DNA of 32,000 bases from Mycobacterium leprae TN. Lineage in GTDB: Bacteria > Actinomycetota > Actinomycetes > Mycobacteriales > Mycobacteriaceae. A program made the translations under genes and the position numbers. Numbering within the stretch: the stretch's first letter is position 1; the number at the start of each line of letters is the position of its first letter. Location: positions 840,001-872,000 of the forward strand of contig NC_002677.1 in the NCBI RefSeq assembly GCF_000195855.1, given 5' to 3'. Under the pieces are notes generated by a model. The model was not told the DNA's origin. It ran no database searches and saw only the letters and a program-made list of their open reading frames with translations. This document shows, one piece after another, positions 10,436-20,649 of this stretch.

Positions 10436-11841
10436 GTGGTGACCCAGATCGCGATTCTCGGGGGAGGTCCGGCCGGTTACGGGGCTGCACTGGTAGCAGC
10501 GACCACGTCACGCCCGCAAAAAGCCCAAGTAACCGTGATCGACTCCGGTGGCATCGGTGGGGCGGCTGTCTTGGGCGACTGCGTACCGTCCAGGACGTTC
10601 ATCGCATCCACCGGGCTGCTCAGCGAGCTGTACCGAGCGTAATGGCTTGGCTTCAACATCGACGATGCCAAATTCTCGTTGCCTGGCATTCATGCCCGCG
10701 TCAGGGCGCTGGCCGCGGCGCAGTTGGCCGACGTTACTGCCCAGTTGCGCAACATGGGCGTAGACATGCTTGCTGGCCAGGAATAGGCTGGCTTACTCAA
10801 CTCCGGGTTTGGTTCGTCACCACAATCGAAAGTGACCGCCGCTGACGGGAGCACTAGATGAATACGACGCCGACTTTGTGTTGATTGCCACCGAGGCCAG
10901 CCTACGGATCCTGCTGTCGGCTTAGCCGGACGGCGAACGCATCCTGACCTGGCGGCAGTTTTACAACTTGGCGGCGTTACCTGACCACTTCATCGTGGTG
11001 GGTTCAAGGGGACCACCGGTGCTGAGTTTGTCAACGCTTACATCGAACTGGGTGTGTTGGTGATGGTGGTGGCTAGCCAGTACCACGTTGTTGCCGTACG
11101 AGGACGCCGACGCAGCGTTGGTCTTGGAAGGGTCGTTCGCTGAACGTGGCGTCCGGTTGTTCAAGAACGCGCATGCGGAATCGGTTACCCGCACCGACAC
11201 CGGTTGTCTTGGTGAAGATGATCGACGGCCGCACCATTGAAGGTAGCCACGCCCTTATGACCATCGGGTCGGTCCTCAACACCGGTTGTCTTGACCTGGA
11301 TCGGGTCGGCCTCGAGTTGGGGCGGGGCAACTACTTGACGGTGGATCGGGTGTCGCGGACATCGGTGCCCGGTATTTACGCGTCAGGAGGACTGCACCGG
11401 CCTGTTGCCGCTGGCGTCGGTGACGGCGATGCAGGGTCGGATCGCGATGTACCACGCGTTGGATGAGGGCGTCAGCCTGATCCGGTTACGCACCTTCGCG
11501 ACAAAGGTTTTCACCAGGCACGAGATCCCAGCGGTGGGGATGCCGTAATTGGCGGTCGACAACTGTTTGGTATTTGCCCGGACCATCATGCTGCCGTTGC
11601 GGACCAATCCGTGGGCGAAGATGTTCGAGGCGCGTCATGGGTTCGTCAAGATGTTTTGCTTCCCATCTATCGGTGTGGTAATCGGCGGCGTGGTGGTGGC
11701 GTCGATCGCCTCCGAATTGATCCTACCGATTGCCGTGGCGGTGAAAACCGGATCACCGTCAACGAGTTGGCGCAAACACTAGCCGTTCACCCATCGTTAT
11801 CCGGCTCGATCACCGAGGTCGCGCATCACGCTGACAGCACA
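10436..11841 (+). pseudogene. lpdA: LpdA-family flavoprotein disulfide reductase (NAD(P)H quinone reductase), degenerate
   Basis: N-terminus MVTQIAILGGGPAGYGAALVAATTSRPQKAQVTVIDSGGIGGAAVLGDCVPSRTFIASTGLLSELYRA, then a stop. Later fragments in other frames: RTIEGSHALMTIGSVLNTG, SRTSVPGIYASGGL, ITEVARHHADST. Confidence 0.92.
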
Positions 11842-11947
11842 TGATGATCTGGACTAAGGCCGATCTTTGGTCGACTGACGAACTAGCCTTGGTGGCACAC
11901 TAATTTAACTTTAACTTACCGACGAATAACCGAGGAGTCCTGGTGTC

Positions 11948-13705
11948 GTGACTGATCTGATCCAAGCACCGGAGAGCGAGCAGACATGGCCGGCTTCTGC
12001 GTTGGGACCGCAGCAACGTGCGGCGGCCTGGGAGCGGTTTGGCACTGAGCAGTTCGACGTGGTGGTCATTGGTGGCGGCGTAGTGGGGTCCGGGTGTGCG
12101 CTGGATGCTGCCACGCGCGGCCTCAAAGTGGCGTTGGTCGAGGCGCGGGACTTGGCTTCGGGTACGTCGAGCCGCTCGTCGAAGATGTTTCACGGGGGGT
12201 TGCGTTACCTTGAGCAACTCGAGTTCGGGTTGGTGCGTGAGGCGCTCTATGAGCGTGAGTTGTCGTTGACCACGTTGGCACCGCATCTGGTCAAACCGTT
12301 GCCGTTCCTGTTTCCGCTAACCAAACGTTGGTGGGAACGCCCGTACATAGCTGCCGGCATCTTCCTGTATGATCGCCTTGGTGGCGCTAAATCGGTTCCG
12401 GCGCAAAAGCATTTGACTCGTGCCGGTGCGTTGCGATTAAGTCCGGGCCTAAAACGCAGCTCCTTGATCGGTGGTATTCGCTACTACGACACCGTCGTCG
12501 ACGACGCCCGGCACACCTTGACTGTAGCGCGCACCGCTGCGCATTACGGAGCGGTCGTGCGATGCTCCACCCAGGTGGTCGCATTGCTGCGCGAGGGCGA
12601 CCGAGTGATCGGCGTGCGGGTTCGCGATTCGGAGGATGGCGCGGTTACTGAGATCCGCGGCCACGTTGTGGTCAACGCTACTGGGGTCTGGACCGACGAA
12701 ATTCAGGCGTTGTCCAAGCAGCGTGGACGATTCCAGGTGCGCGTGTCCAAGGGTGTGCACGTAGTGGTACCGCGGGACCGGATCGTCAGTGACGTCGCGA
12801 TGATCCTGCGCACCAAGAAGTCGGTGATGTTCATCATCCCGTGGGGTAACCACTGGATCATCGGAACGACCGATACTGATTGGAATCTCGACCTGGCCCA
12901 TCCCGCGGCCACCAAGGCGGATATTGACTACATCCTGCAGACGGTCAATACTGTGTTGGCTACCCCGTTGACCCACGCCGACATCGATGGGGTGTATGCT
13001 GGGCTACGCCCGCTCCTCGCCGGGGAAAGTGATGACACTTCCAAGTTGACCCGTGAACACGCGGTCGCGGTGCCGGTGGCGGGTCTGGTCGCGATCGCCG
13101 GCGGCAAGTACACCACGTACCGGGTGATGGCCGCCGACGCGATTGACGCCGCGGTTGCATTCGTTCCGGCCCGGGTAGCTCCGTCGATCACCGAGAAAGT
13201 AGGTTTGCTGGGCGCCGACGGTTACTTTGCGTTGATCAATCAGGTCGAACACGTCGCCGCGTTGCAAGGTCTGCACCCCTACCGGGTGCGTCATCTGCTG
13301 GACCGCTACGGCGCGCTTATCGGTGACGTCTTGGCCTTGGCGGCTGAAGCACCCGACCTGCTCAGTCCGATTCAGGAAGCTCCGGGCTATTTGAAGGTGG
13401 AAGCCCGCTACGCTGTAACCGCCGAGGGCGCCTTGCATCTCGAGGACATCTTGGCCCGCCGGATGAGAGTCTCTATCGAATATCCACACCGCGGCGTCGC
13501 CTGTGCCCGGGAGGTGGCCGATGTGGTCGCTCCGGTGTTGGGTTGGACGGCCGAGGATATCGATCGCGAGGTGGCGACTTATAATGCGCGGGTGGAGGCC
13601 GAGGTACTGTCGCAGGCCCAGCCCGACGACGTGTCGGCGGACATGTTGCGAGCCAGCGCACCCGAGGCGCGCACCAAGATCATCGAACCGGTGTCGCTAA
13701 CTTGA
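11948..13705 (+). CDS. glpD2: Glycerol-3-phosphate dehydrogenase (FAD-dependent), 585 aa
   Basis: Intact ORF with FAD-binding GGGVVGSGCALDAATRG, SSRSSKMFHGGLRYLE and GGKYTTYR motifs. GTG start preceded by a gaggag-type ribosome-binding site at about 11933-11940. Confidence 0.96.
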   Translation: MTDLIQAPESEQTWPASALGPQQRAAAWERFGTEQFDVVVIGGGVVGSGCALDAATRGLKVALVEARDLASGTSSRSSKMFHGGLRYLEQLEFGLVREALYERELSLTTLAPHLVKPLPFLFPLTKRWWERPYIAAGIFLYDRLGGAKSVPAQKHLTRAGALRLSPGLKRSSLIGGIRYYDTVVDDARHTLTVARTAAHYGAVVRCSTQVVALLREGDRVIGVRVRDSEDGAVTEIRGHVVVNATGVWTDEIQALSKQRGRFQVRVSKGVHVVVPRDRIVSDVAMILRTKKSVMFIIPWGNHWIIGTTDTDWNLDLAHPAATKADIDYILQTVNTVLATPLTHADIDGVYAGLRPLLAGESDDTSKLTREHAVAVPVAGLVAIAGGKYTTYRVMAADAIDAAVAFVPARVAPSITEKVGLLGADGYFALINQVEHVAALQGLHPYRVRHLLDRYGALIGDVLALAAEAPDLLSPIQEAPGYLKVEARYAVTAEGALHLEDILARRMRVSIEYPHRGVACAREVADVVAPVLGWTAEDIDREVATYNARVEAEVLSQAQPDDVSADMLRASAPEARTKIIEPVSLT

Positions 13706-13839
13706 GCGGACAGTTAAGTGTCGCGGGGACCCGCGCGAAAGTGCTGAATGGAGAAGTCGTCTATTCGGACGGTGAGGCTACCGTGGTGCCCAGCGGGGCT
13801 AGTGTCTTATTGTATCTTATTGTAATAGTGACCTGCCGG

Positions 13840-14655
13840 ATGAAGTGTCTGTGCTTTTTGCAATCCCGGTGCTGCATCAAGACACGGACATCGTGGTGGT
13901 TAGTAAGCCGAACTTTTTGGCCACTATGCCGCGGGGGCGACACATTGCGCAGGCCGGGCTGGTGCGGTTGCGCTGAGAACTGGGGTTGCCGGAGCTAAGC
14001 TCGGTCCACCTACTTGGTCGGCTGGCCGCCGAGGTAGCTGGCTGTTCATCACCCGCCGTTAGTTGCATGACCGATGCCAGACACTGTTTTCCCACGGTGT
14101 GGTGCGCAAGAAAGATCTACCTGGCTCGTGCAGCGAGCGATCCGGCCTTAGTATTGCCGTGCTTGGTCCGAGGTCGCATCGTCAAGCATCGGGGCAACTT
14201 GCAGGGGTTCTGCAAGCCCGGTGTGCCTAACGCGGAGACGCTGGTGGAGCTGATTTCGTCGAATGGGCTATGTCGGCTGACTCCGCATACCGGACGACCC
14301 ACCAATTGAGGCTGCACATGGTGTCCTGGGGGTGTGCAGATTGTGGGCGATCCGTTGTATTCCAATATCGTTTACGTCTCTGCTGACGATTGCAGTGCAC
14401 CGTTGCAGTGGTTGGCGTAGCGCATTGAGTTCGATGATCCGGTCACTGGGGCGTGTTGCGAGTTAGTCAGCCGCCGAGAACTAGTCCGGTTATCGGGGCC
14501 AATACCGTCTTGGTTGACAGTGTAACTTCTGTCTTTTCGATGAAATCGGTTGCTGAATTGCGTCGTTCGATTCTGGAAAGGCGTAGTTACAACGTTGGAA
14601 AAGGCCATCGGTAAGTTCAACCCTGACCGCACCCGGCTGCCTTGAGCCCAAGGCA
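13840..14655 (+). pseudogene. RluA-like pseudouridine synthase, Rv3300c-like, degenerate
   Basis: Fragments across frames: HQDTDIVVVSKPNFLATMPRGRHI, LPELSSVHLLGRLAAEVAG, RKTYLAR-like and a region near 14050-14150. Boundaries are approximate. Confidence 0.75.
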
Positions 14656-14775
14656 TTTCGGCGGTACTATCTGCCGCACTATGGCGGAGTCAGTGGGCAA
14701 CTGGATGATAGTTTCCGGCCCCAAGATGCCCAACGAGCATGCAGTGGCCCAGGTTGTAGGACGGGGCGCAGCGGC

Positions 14776-15690
14776 TTGAATGTGGCGCGATGGCTAGCGT
14801 CCGTCGTTCTCGCAGTCTGTCTGGCTGGATGTGTTGGGCGCCAGGTATCGGCCAGTTCTCGCGATCAGCCTGGGACTTTTCAATTCGGCGGCTTGAATCG
14901 AACCTACGTGCTGCACGTTCCGCCAGGCTCTCCTGTGGGCCTGGTGCTCAACCTGCACGGCGGAGGCGGCACTGGAGCTGGGCAGCAGGGCCTTACCGAT
15001 TTTGATGCTGTTGCCGACTTAAACAATCTGCTGGTGGCCTACCCTGACGGTTACGATAAGAGCTGGGCCGATGGACGAGGGGCATCGCCGGCGGATCGTC
15101 GACATGTCGACGACGTCGGTTTCTTGGTTGAGTTGGCGGCCAAACTGCAGAGTGACTTCGGTGTTGCCCCCGGCCATGTCTTTGTCACCGGCATGTCCAA
15201 CGGGGGTTTCATGTCCAACAAGCTGGCGTGTGATCGTGCCGATATGTTTGCCGCTATCGCCCCGGTGGCCGGAACATTGGGCGTCGATGTGGCCTGCCAT
15301 CCGTCGCAACCGGTGTCGGTTATGGACGCGCATGGAACCGATGATCCGCTGGTGCCGTTCAACGGTGGGGACGTGCATGGTCGCGGCGGGGTCAGTCACG
15401 TGGTCTCGGTTACCAATATGGTGGAAAAGTGGCGCACGGCCGATGGGTGTCAAGGCGATCCGTCACAACAGGAATTGCCTGACGTTGGGGACGGAACATT
15501 CGTCCGCCGCTTTGATTACACTGTGTGTGCAAATTCCGCCGAAGTGGTCTTCTACAAGATCAACAAAGGCGGTCACACTTGGCCGGGCGGCAAGCAATAT
15601 TTACCCAAGGTAGTCATCGGGTCCACCACGTGCGTGTTCGACGCATCGGAAGTTATCGCGCAGTTTTTCCTGACGCATGCTCGCAGCTAA
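14776..15690 (+). CDS. lpqC: LpqC, lipoprotein with esterase/polyhydroxybutyrate depolymerase-like alpha/beta-hydrolase domain, 304 aa
   Basis: Intact ORF with lipobox LAVCLAGC, LNLHGGGGTGAGQQ oxyanion region, GMSNGG nucleophile elbow, HGTDDPLVPF and the terminal GGHTWPGG histidine. Start is TTG at 14776 or GTG at 14782. Confidence 0.93.
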   Translation: MNVARWLASVVLAVCLAGCVGRQVSASSRDQPGTFQFGGLNRTYVLHVPPGSPVGLVLNLHGGGGTGAGQQGLTDFDAVADLNNLLVAYPDGYDKSWADGRGASPADRRHVDDVGFLVELAAKLQSDFGVAPGHVFVTGMSNGGFMSNKLACDRADMFAAIAPVAGTLGVDVACHPSQPVSVMDAHGTDDPLVPFNGGDVHGRGGVSHVVSVTNMVEKWRTADGCQGDPSQQELPDVGDGTFVRRFDYTVCANSAEVVFYKINKGGHTWPGGKQYLPKVVIGSTTCVFDASEVIAQFFLTHARS

Positions 15691-16104
15691 TTCGAGCAAT
15701 CGCCGGGCGCTGCCAGCGGGCCGCCACACCAGGGCCACGACGGAATATTGACTACTGGTTATCGGAAGGAACTATGCTGCAACGCATTTACGCCCAGAAA
15801 CTGATGTCGGCTTGACTCCACCAGACCATATCCGAGATGCGAAGCATTACGGCCACGCCAACTCCTGTTGGTTCGCGCCGTCGTCGTGTTGCTTGTCGTA
15901 GGATCGGCTTGGTTGAACGTGGCTTTGTGCTGGCTAGGCCGTGGTGGTTTGTTGGGCCAATCCGGTTACGGGAATAATCCGCGGAGGCATCCGCCGGGTC
16001 ATCGTCGACAAAGCGTCGTACACCGCCACGTCAGAGGTCTCCATCACCGCGATGTCCTGGTACTAGCAATCTAGGTTTTGTTCCTAACGGTCCGCGATCT
16101 CAGC

Positions 16105-16190
16105 AGTGTGTTGCCTCGATATCGCGGCGTGTCAATATGCGACCGGCCAGGTGTTCGCCCAGCGTGATATCCGTCTCGGGCGTAGCTAAA
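16105..16190 (-). pseudogene. nei: Remnant of the endonuclease VIII (Nei) N-terminus
   Basis: Minus-strand peptide PETDITLGEHLAGRILTRRDIE, resembling the Nei N-terminus (MPEGDTV...HLAGRTLTRCDI). The rest of the gene is not recognisable and the space before lpqC is too short for a full copy. Confidence 0.55.
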
Positions 16191-19100
16191 GTCGGCCTCG
16201 GTCGGGTCTGGTGCTGTGGGTGCGTGACGCCGTAGCGGCTCAGCCACGGCGGTCGGCGTGCGGGGTGTGCCGGAGCGAAACTCTTGCGGGTGCCAGTGCC
16301 GGCGAACAGCGTCAACGGTGCGGACTCGGCGGCGTACAGTGCGATCCTGCCGTCATTACCTGAGATTGTTCCGGCACTCGACGGATTACCTCGTCGGTTG
16401 TGAGCAGCTTGTCGAGCATCACCGGGGTATAGTCACGGACTCGCGGGGTCAGCACCAGTGGTTCGATTGCCGAGGTCGGCATCCGCCACCCTGGCCAGCT
16501 GATCTATGACGGACGTCAGCTCATCAAGACTGCAGTGGCCCGAAGACATTGTAATACAAGGCCAGTAGAAAGTGCGCGTAAGCTGCGGTGCTAACCGACT
16601 CGACTTGGGCACGCAGCTGGTGCTACACCGAATTGTTGCCGCATTATGCGGCAACAATTCGGTGTAGCACCAGCTGGTCGTCAGAGTTACCAGCAGGCCC
16701 AGCACATCGGTCTTCACCTGCAGGCCGGTTCAGCCTACGGGTGACGCTGTGGTGAATGGGGTGTGGGTGCGGCGCGTAGCGGCGCAGCCGCTTACCCCAG
16801 CGGGGTGGCTACTTCTACGGTGAAGATGACAGGAACGCTGACCGGACCCGTCGCTACGACTCCGTCGTGCAGCTGGCCGATGTCTTCCGATGGCCACTCA
16901 CCCCAGCTGCTGCCGGCGAACGACACCGTTAGCGCGTGCCTAGCGGCGTGCACGCCCTCCAGCCATCCGTGGATGTCAGAGCACCCGTTGGACCAAGCGG
17001 CGGCATCAGCTGCGGTGAGCGGACCCAGCAGTCGCAGCAAATCCGCGATCGCTTCGGTGTCGTGACCGACCCGGTTATCCAACAGGTTCTGTAACTGGCG
17101 CTCGGTTGCGGTGATGACCTCGGGATTGCATAGCTCGCGCAGTTCTACGTGGTCGAGTAGCTGTCCAGCGAGAGCGCCGCGACGCTCGGCAAATAGGGAT
17201 ATAGAGCCCTCGTGCATGAACGTTCCGGTGTAGCCGAACACCAGTGACGCTGTAAACGGTAAGAGTTTCGCCGTTTTCGTTTTTGCCTACTCGGACCTGG
17301 CGCAAAGCGATGCCGGTCATCAGCTCGACCAGGTCGGGGACGTCGTAAACGTCCTGTAGGCATTTTCGGACGGTCTCCAGCACGATGGGAAAGTCCAGGA
17401 TATTTGCGGGTTACTTCCAGTAACTGGGCGGGGCGCTGGCACTGGTTCCACAGCGGCGAGCAGCGGCCGGGGTGCCGGCGGGCAGCAACAAAGCGTGGGC
17501 CGCACATTCCCGGAACCGGCACCGTAAACAGCGCTGAACCGCCCACTTCTGCGGTGACAATCGGGTCGGTCTCCATCGGGGTCGAAGACAAACAACTTGG
17601 CGCCTTGCGGATATCGAAGGCGAAGGCAGACGTGAAATTAGGAAAGAGCGGTCCGGCAATTAAACCACGATGCCATAGTCGGAGGCAGTCGGCTTCTGGT
17701 CGGGTCTGTAGCGTGTCCCCGCAGCCGCCGACCCACCGCCAGCGCCAGCGGCTCGTGTACTCGCAGCCAATACGGCTAATACAGGATTCACCCTCCAGTT
17801 GCTAAGTAGTCGCGGAATCGCTTGACCGAGCAGAGTGGTGTCGGTGTGTAGTGTCAAAGTGGTGGTGCGCTGGTCGTCCAGCAACACCCACAGGTTGGCG
17901 GTCGCGTAATAGTCGAAATTCGAGTCAGCGCAACGCTTGCCGAATGTGTCGTGGTCCAGGCGGGTCAGTGCTCCGGTCGCGGCGCCGAGTTGGGCTGGGC
18001 GGACGACATTATCGCTGCGTCAGAACGACAATTGGGCCGGTTGGTCCGGCGTGGGGATGACCAGAACGCGGTCGTGGGTAGTCTTTTCTCGGTGATCCGC
18101 CAGCTGGGGGCTCCCAGCTAGATAACGTCACCAGCGCGGTGATGCATACACCATCTCTTCGTCTAGGTCGCTTATTCGCGAAGGACTGTCCGGATAGCTG
18201 GTTAGATACATGCTGAACAGCCCGCGATCGGGAATGGCGCCAACGGAGGTGACAGCCAGCCGCTGCGCACCAGGCCGCGCGGTCGTAGACCAACAGCGTT
18301 CGCAGCTCGGCGAACTCGGTAGATGTGATATTTGCTGCTCAAAAGGTCCAGGTGTGGGCTCGTAGAAGCTGTGCGGCAGCACCGCGGATGGGATGTCCTG
18401 GCCCGGACGGTGTTGCACCACTAGCCGGCGTCCAATGGTTTAAGCACGGCTGTCGTCACGGTCTGTTGGTCCAGAATATCGAGCGGGCTGGTAGGGCTAC
18501 ACGCATCGTCTCGATCTGGTTGGCGAGAGCCCGCTGGGTGCTGATCGCGGAACCAGTCAGGTCGGTACGGTACTTGGGGAACAGCACCCCCGCATGGTAT
18601 CTTACCGACGCGATTTCTGGCTCGCCCAATGCGTTGCAGGCCGCTGGCCACCGATAGTGGTGCCTTCACGTGTTGTATCACCAGATCGATTGCGCCCATG
18701 TCGATGCCCAATTCCAAGCTTGAGGTTGCTACCACCGCCTTGAGATGTCCGCGTTTGAGGCTCTATTTCGCCCTGTGCGCGCTTGCTTCTTGTTGACCGA
18801 GTTTGTTGTGAGCGCGTGCCAGTCACGGGGGCGCTGAACGTAGCCGATGCGCCGGTGTGCTGCCGGGTATCTGAGGGTTAGCCTCCGACGCCGACAAAAT
18901 GCCGGACCGTTCTGCGTGAATTTCGTTGATCTGTATGGTAAGCCGCTCTGCGGTTCGGAGTGAGTTGGCGAACACGATGGTCGAGCTGTGTGATTTCATC
19001 ACATTGGCCAAGTGTGCCTCGATGTAGGGTCAGATGATGTTATTTGCCAAATTGGTCATATCAGGTACAGGAACAGCCACTGTGAGTTCGATAGCCTTGG

Positions 19101-19860
19101 TCGATGGCGGAGCCATGATCGTGGTTGGGTTAGTAGGGGGGACTAGTCCAGACAGGAACCACGCGAGCTCTTCGGGCGGACGTACGGTTGCAGACAAACC
19201 CTGCGCTGTACAGGCCGACCTTGCTGAAAGGCGTGTGACAGGTCGTCGAGCCGCTTCAGTGGCAGGGCTAGGTGTGCGCCCCGCTTTCCGCCGGCGATGG
19301 CGTTAATCGTCGTCGACGGTCACCGTCTGTATGCCGACCAGCGTCTCGCGCGTGGTCGAAGTCAGCATCAAAAGCAGTGACTCCGGGGTGGTGATCAGCA
19401 CATCGGGTGGCTGGGCAAGCAGTTGGCGGTAGCGTGCCGGCGGGGTGGCACCGGGATTGGATCCCGACGTGGATATCGGGCCCGCTCCGGGCGGTATGCT
19501 AGGCGATCCGGGTGAGCTCTGCCAGGTTGGGTACGCAAGTTGCGTTCGATGTCGACTTCTAGCGTCTTAAGTGGCGACACGTACAGCCAAGCGAGTTATC
19601 GCCGGCCGGTACGACGACGTGACGGTGGCCGCACAAACTAGCGATGGTTCACAGAAAGGCGGCCAGTATCTCACCTGAACCGGTTGGGGCGATAACTAAC
19701 GTGTTATGGCTATCCGCGATGACTTCCCAGGAGCTGGCCTGCGCCGTGGTTGAGATGTCGAAGGTGCTGGTGAACCATTCGCGGGTGATCATGCTGAACT
19801 GGCCCAACGAGTTTTGGGTACGGGGGGCAGGGACTGATTAGGTGACGTAGTGCTCGCCTA
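16191..19860 (-). pseudogene. lhr: Large ATP-dependent helicase-related protein Lhr, degenerate
   Basis: Many fragments in shifting frames: ITREWFTSTFDISTTAQASSWEVIADSHNTLVIAPTGSGEILAAFL near 19680-19800; [39 protein letters not shown] (ORF 18421-18735); EGSISLFAERRGALAGQLLDHVELRELCNPEVITATERQLQNLLDNRVGHDTEAIADLLRLLGPLT (ORF 16792-17241). Ends are approximate. Confidence 0.9.
16615..16677. repeat. Perfect inverted repeat, 31-bp arms with 1-nt centre, inside the lhr pseudogene
   Basis: cagctggtgctacaccgaattgttgccgcat / t / atgcggcaacaattcggtgtagcaccagctg; every arm position checked for complementarity. Confidence 0.97.
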
Positions 19861-19916
19861 GCCATGGTGTCAGTGGCGAACGACAATTCTGCAGACGAAA
19901 GCACCTCATCTGCGGA

Positions 19917-20588
19917 CTATTGCGGCGGCTGACGCGCGATCGCCATCGCATCGGCCAGTTCTTTGGAAATCTCGGGCACCCGGGCGATGGCGTCCAGCAG
20001 CGCATGCGCGCAGGAGTCGGCAAGGCGATCGGCGTCGGTCGATGGGTCCATGATTCGTTGCCGGCACACTTCGAACGTAAACGCCAGCCAGCCGTGCACG
20101 ATTACCCGCAGGTCTCGCTCGATATCCGGATGCAGTTTGGACTCCGGTACTACGCTCACTACATCCCCAATCCGGGACATGATGTGTTCCATCTGGCGGT
20201 TCTTGGCTTCGTCGTCAATGCCGAGCAGAACCGGGTCAGAACGGCCAAGACCGACGTAGGCTGCCCATGCAGCCTCCGGATTCTGCTTGTGGTAGGCCAT
20301 ATAGGCCAGTACACCGACGCGCACTTCTTCGAACATGGTCAAACCAGCAGGAGGCGGAATGTTCGTGGCCGCGTACAGTCGATCAGCTTCGTCCTTGACA
20401 ACCGCGGCGAAGAACGCGCGCTTGTCAGGGAAATAGTGATACATCAGCGCGCGCGACACCCCCGCACGCTCGGCGATCTCATCGATGCGGACTTCGTCAT
20501 AGGGTCGCTTCCCGAACACTTCTGCTCCCAGTGCCAGCAGCTCAGCACGCCGATCCTCGGGAGATAAACGCCTCCTGGCTGTGGTCAT
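19917..20588 (-). CDS. TetR/AcrR-family transcriptional regulator, about 223 aa
   Basis: Intact ORF with N-terminal helix-turn-helix EVRIDEIAERAGVSRALMYHYFPDKRAFFAAVV. The probable start is ATG at 20588 (MTTARRRLSPEDRRAELL) rather than the ORF-track start at 20645. Confidence 0.93.
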   Translation of the reverse strand: MTTARRRLSPEDRRAELLALGAEVFGKRPYDEVRIDEIAERAGVSRALMYHYFPDKRAFFAAVVKDEADRLYAATNIPPPAGLTMFEEVRVGVLAYMAYHKQNPEAAWAAYVGLGRSDPVLLGIDDEAKNRQMEHIMSRIGDVVSVVPESKLHPDIERDLRVIVHGWLAFTFEVCRQRIMDPSTDADRLADSCAHALLDAIARVPEISKELADAMAIARQPPQ

Positions 20589-20649
20589 GTGACAGAATAT
20601 TACCCATGGCGGGTATACGACCTGCGGGTGCGTGGACTCAGCCAAACTC

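Noticed and set aside
12449-12976. 175-aa and neighbouring minus-strand ORFs over glpD2
   Set aside because: Shadow ORFs opposite the intact glpD2 coding sequence.
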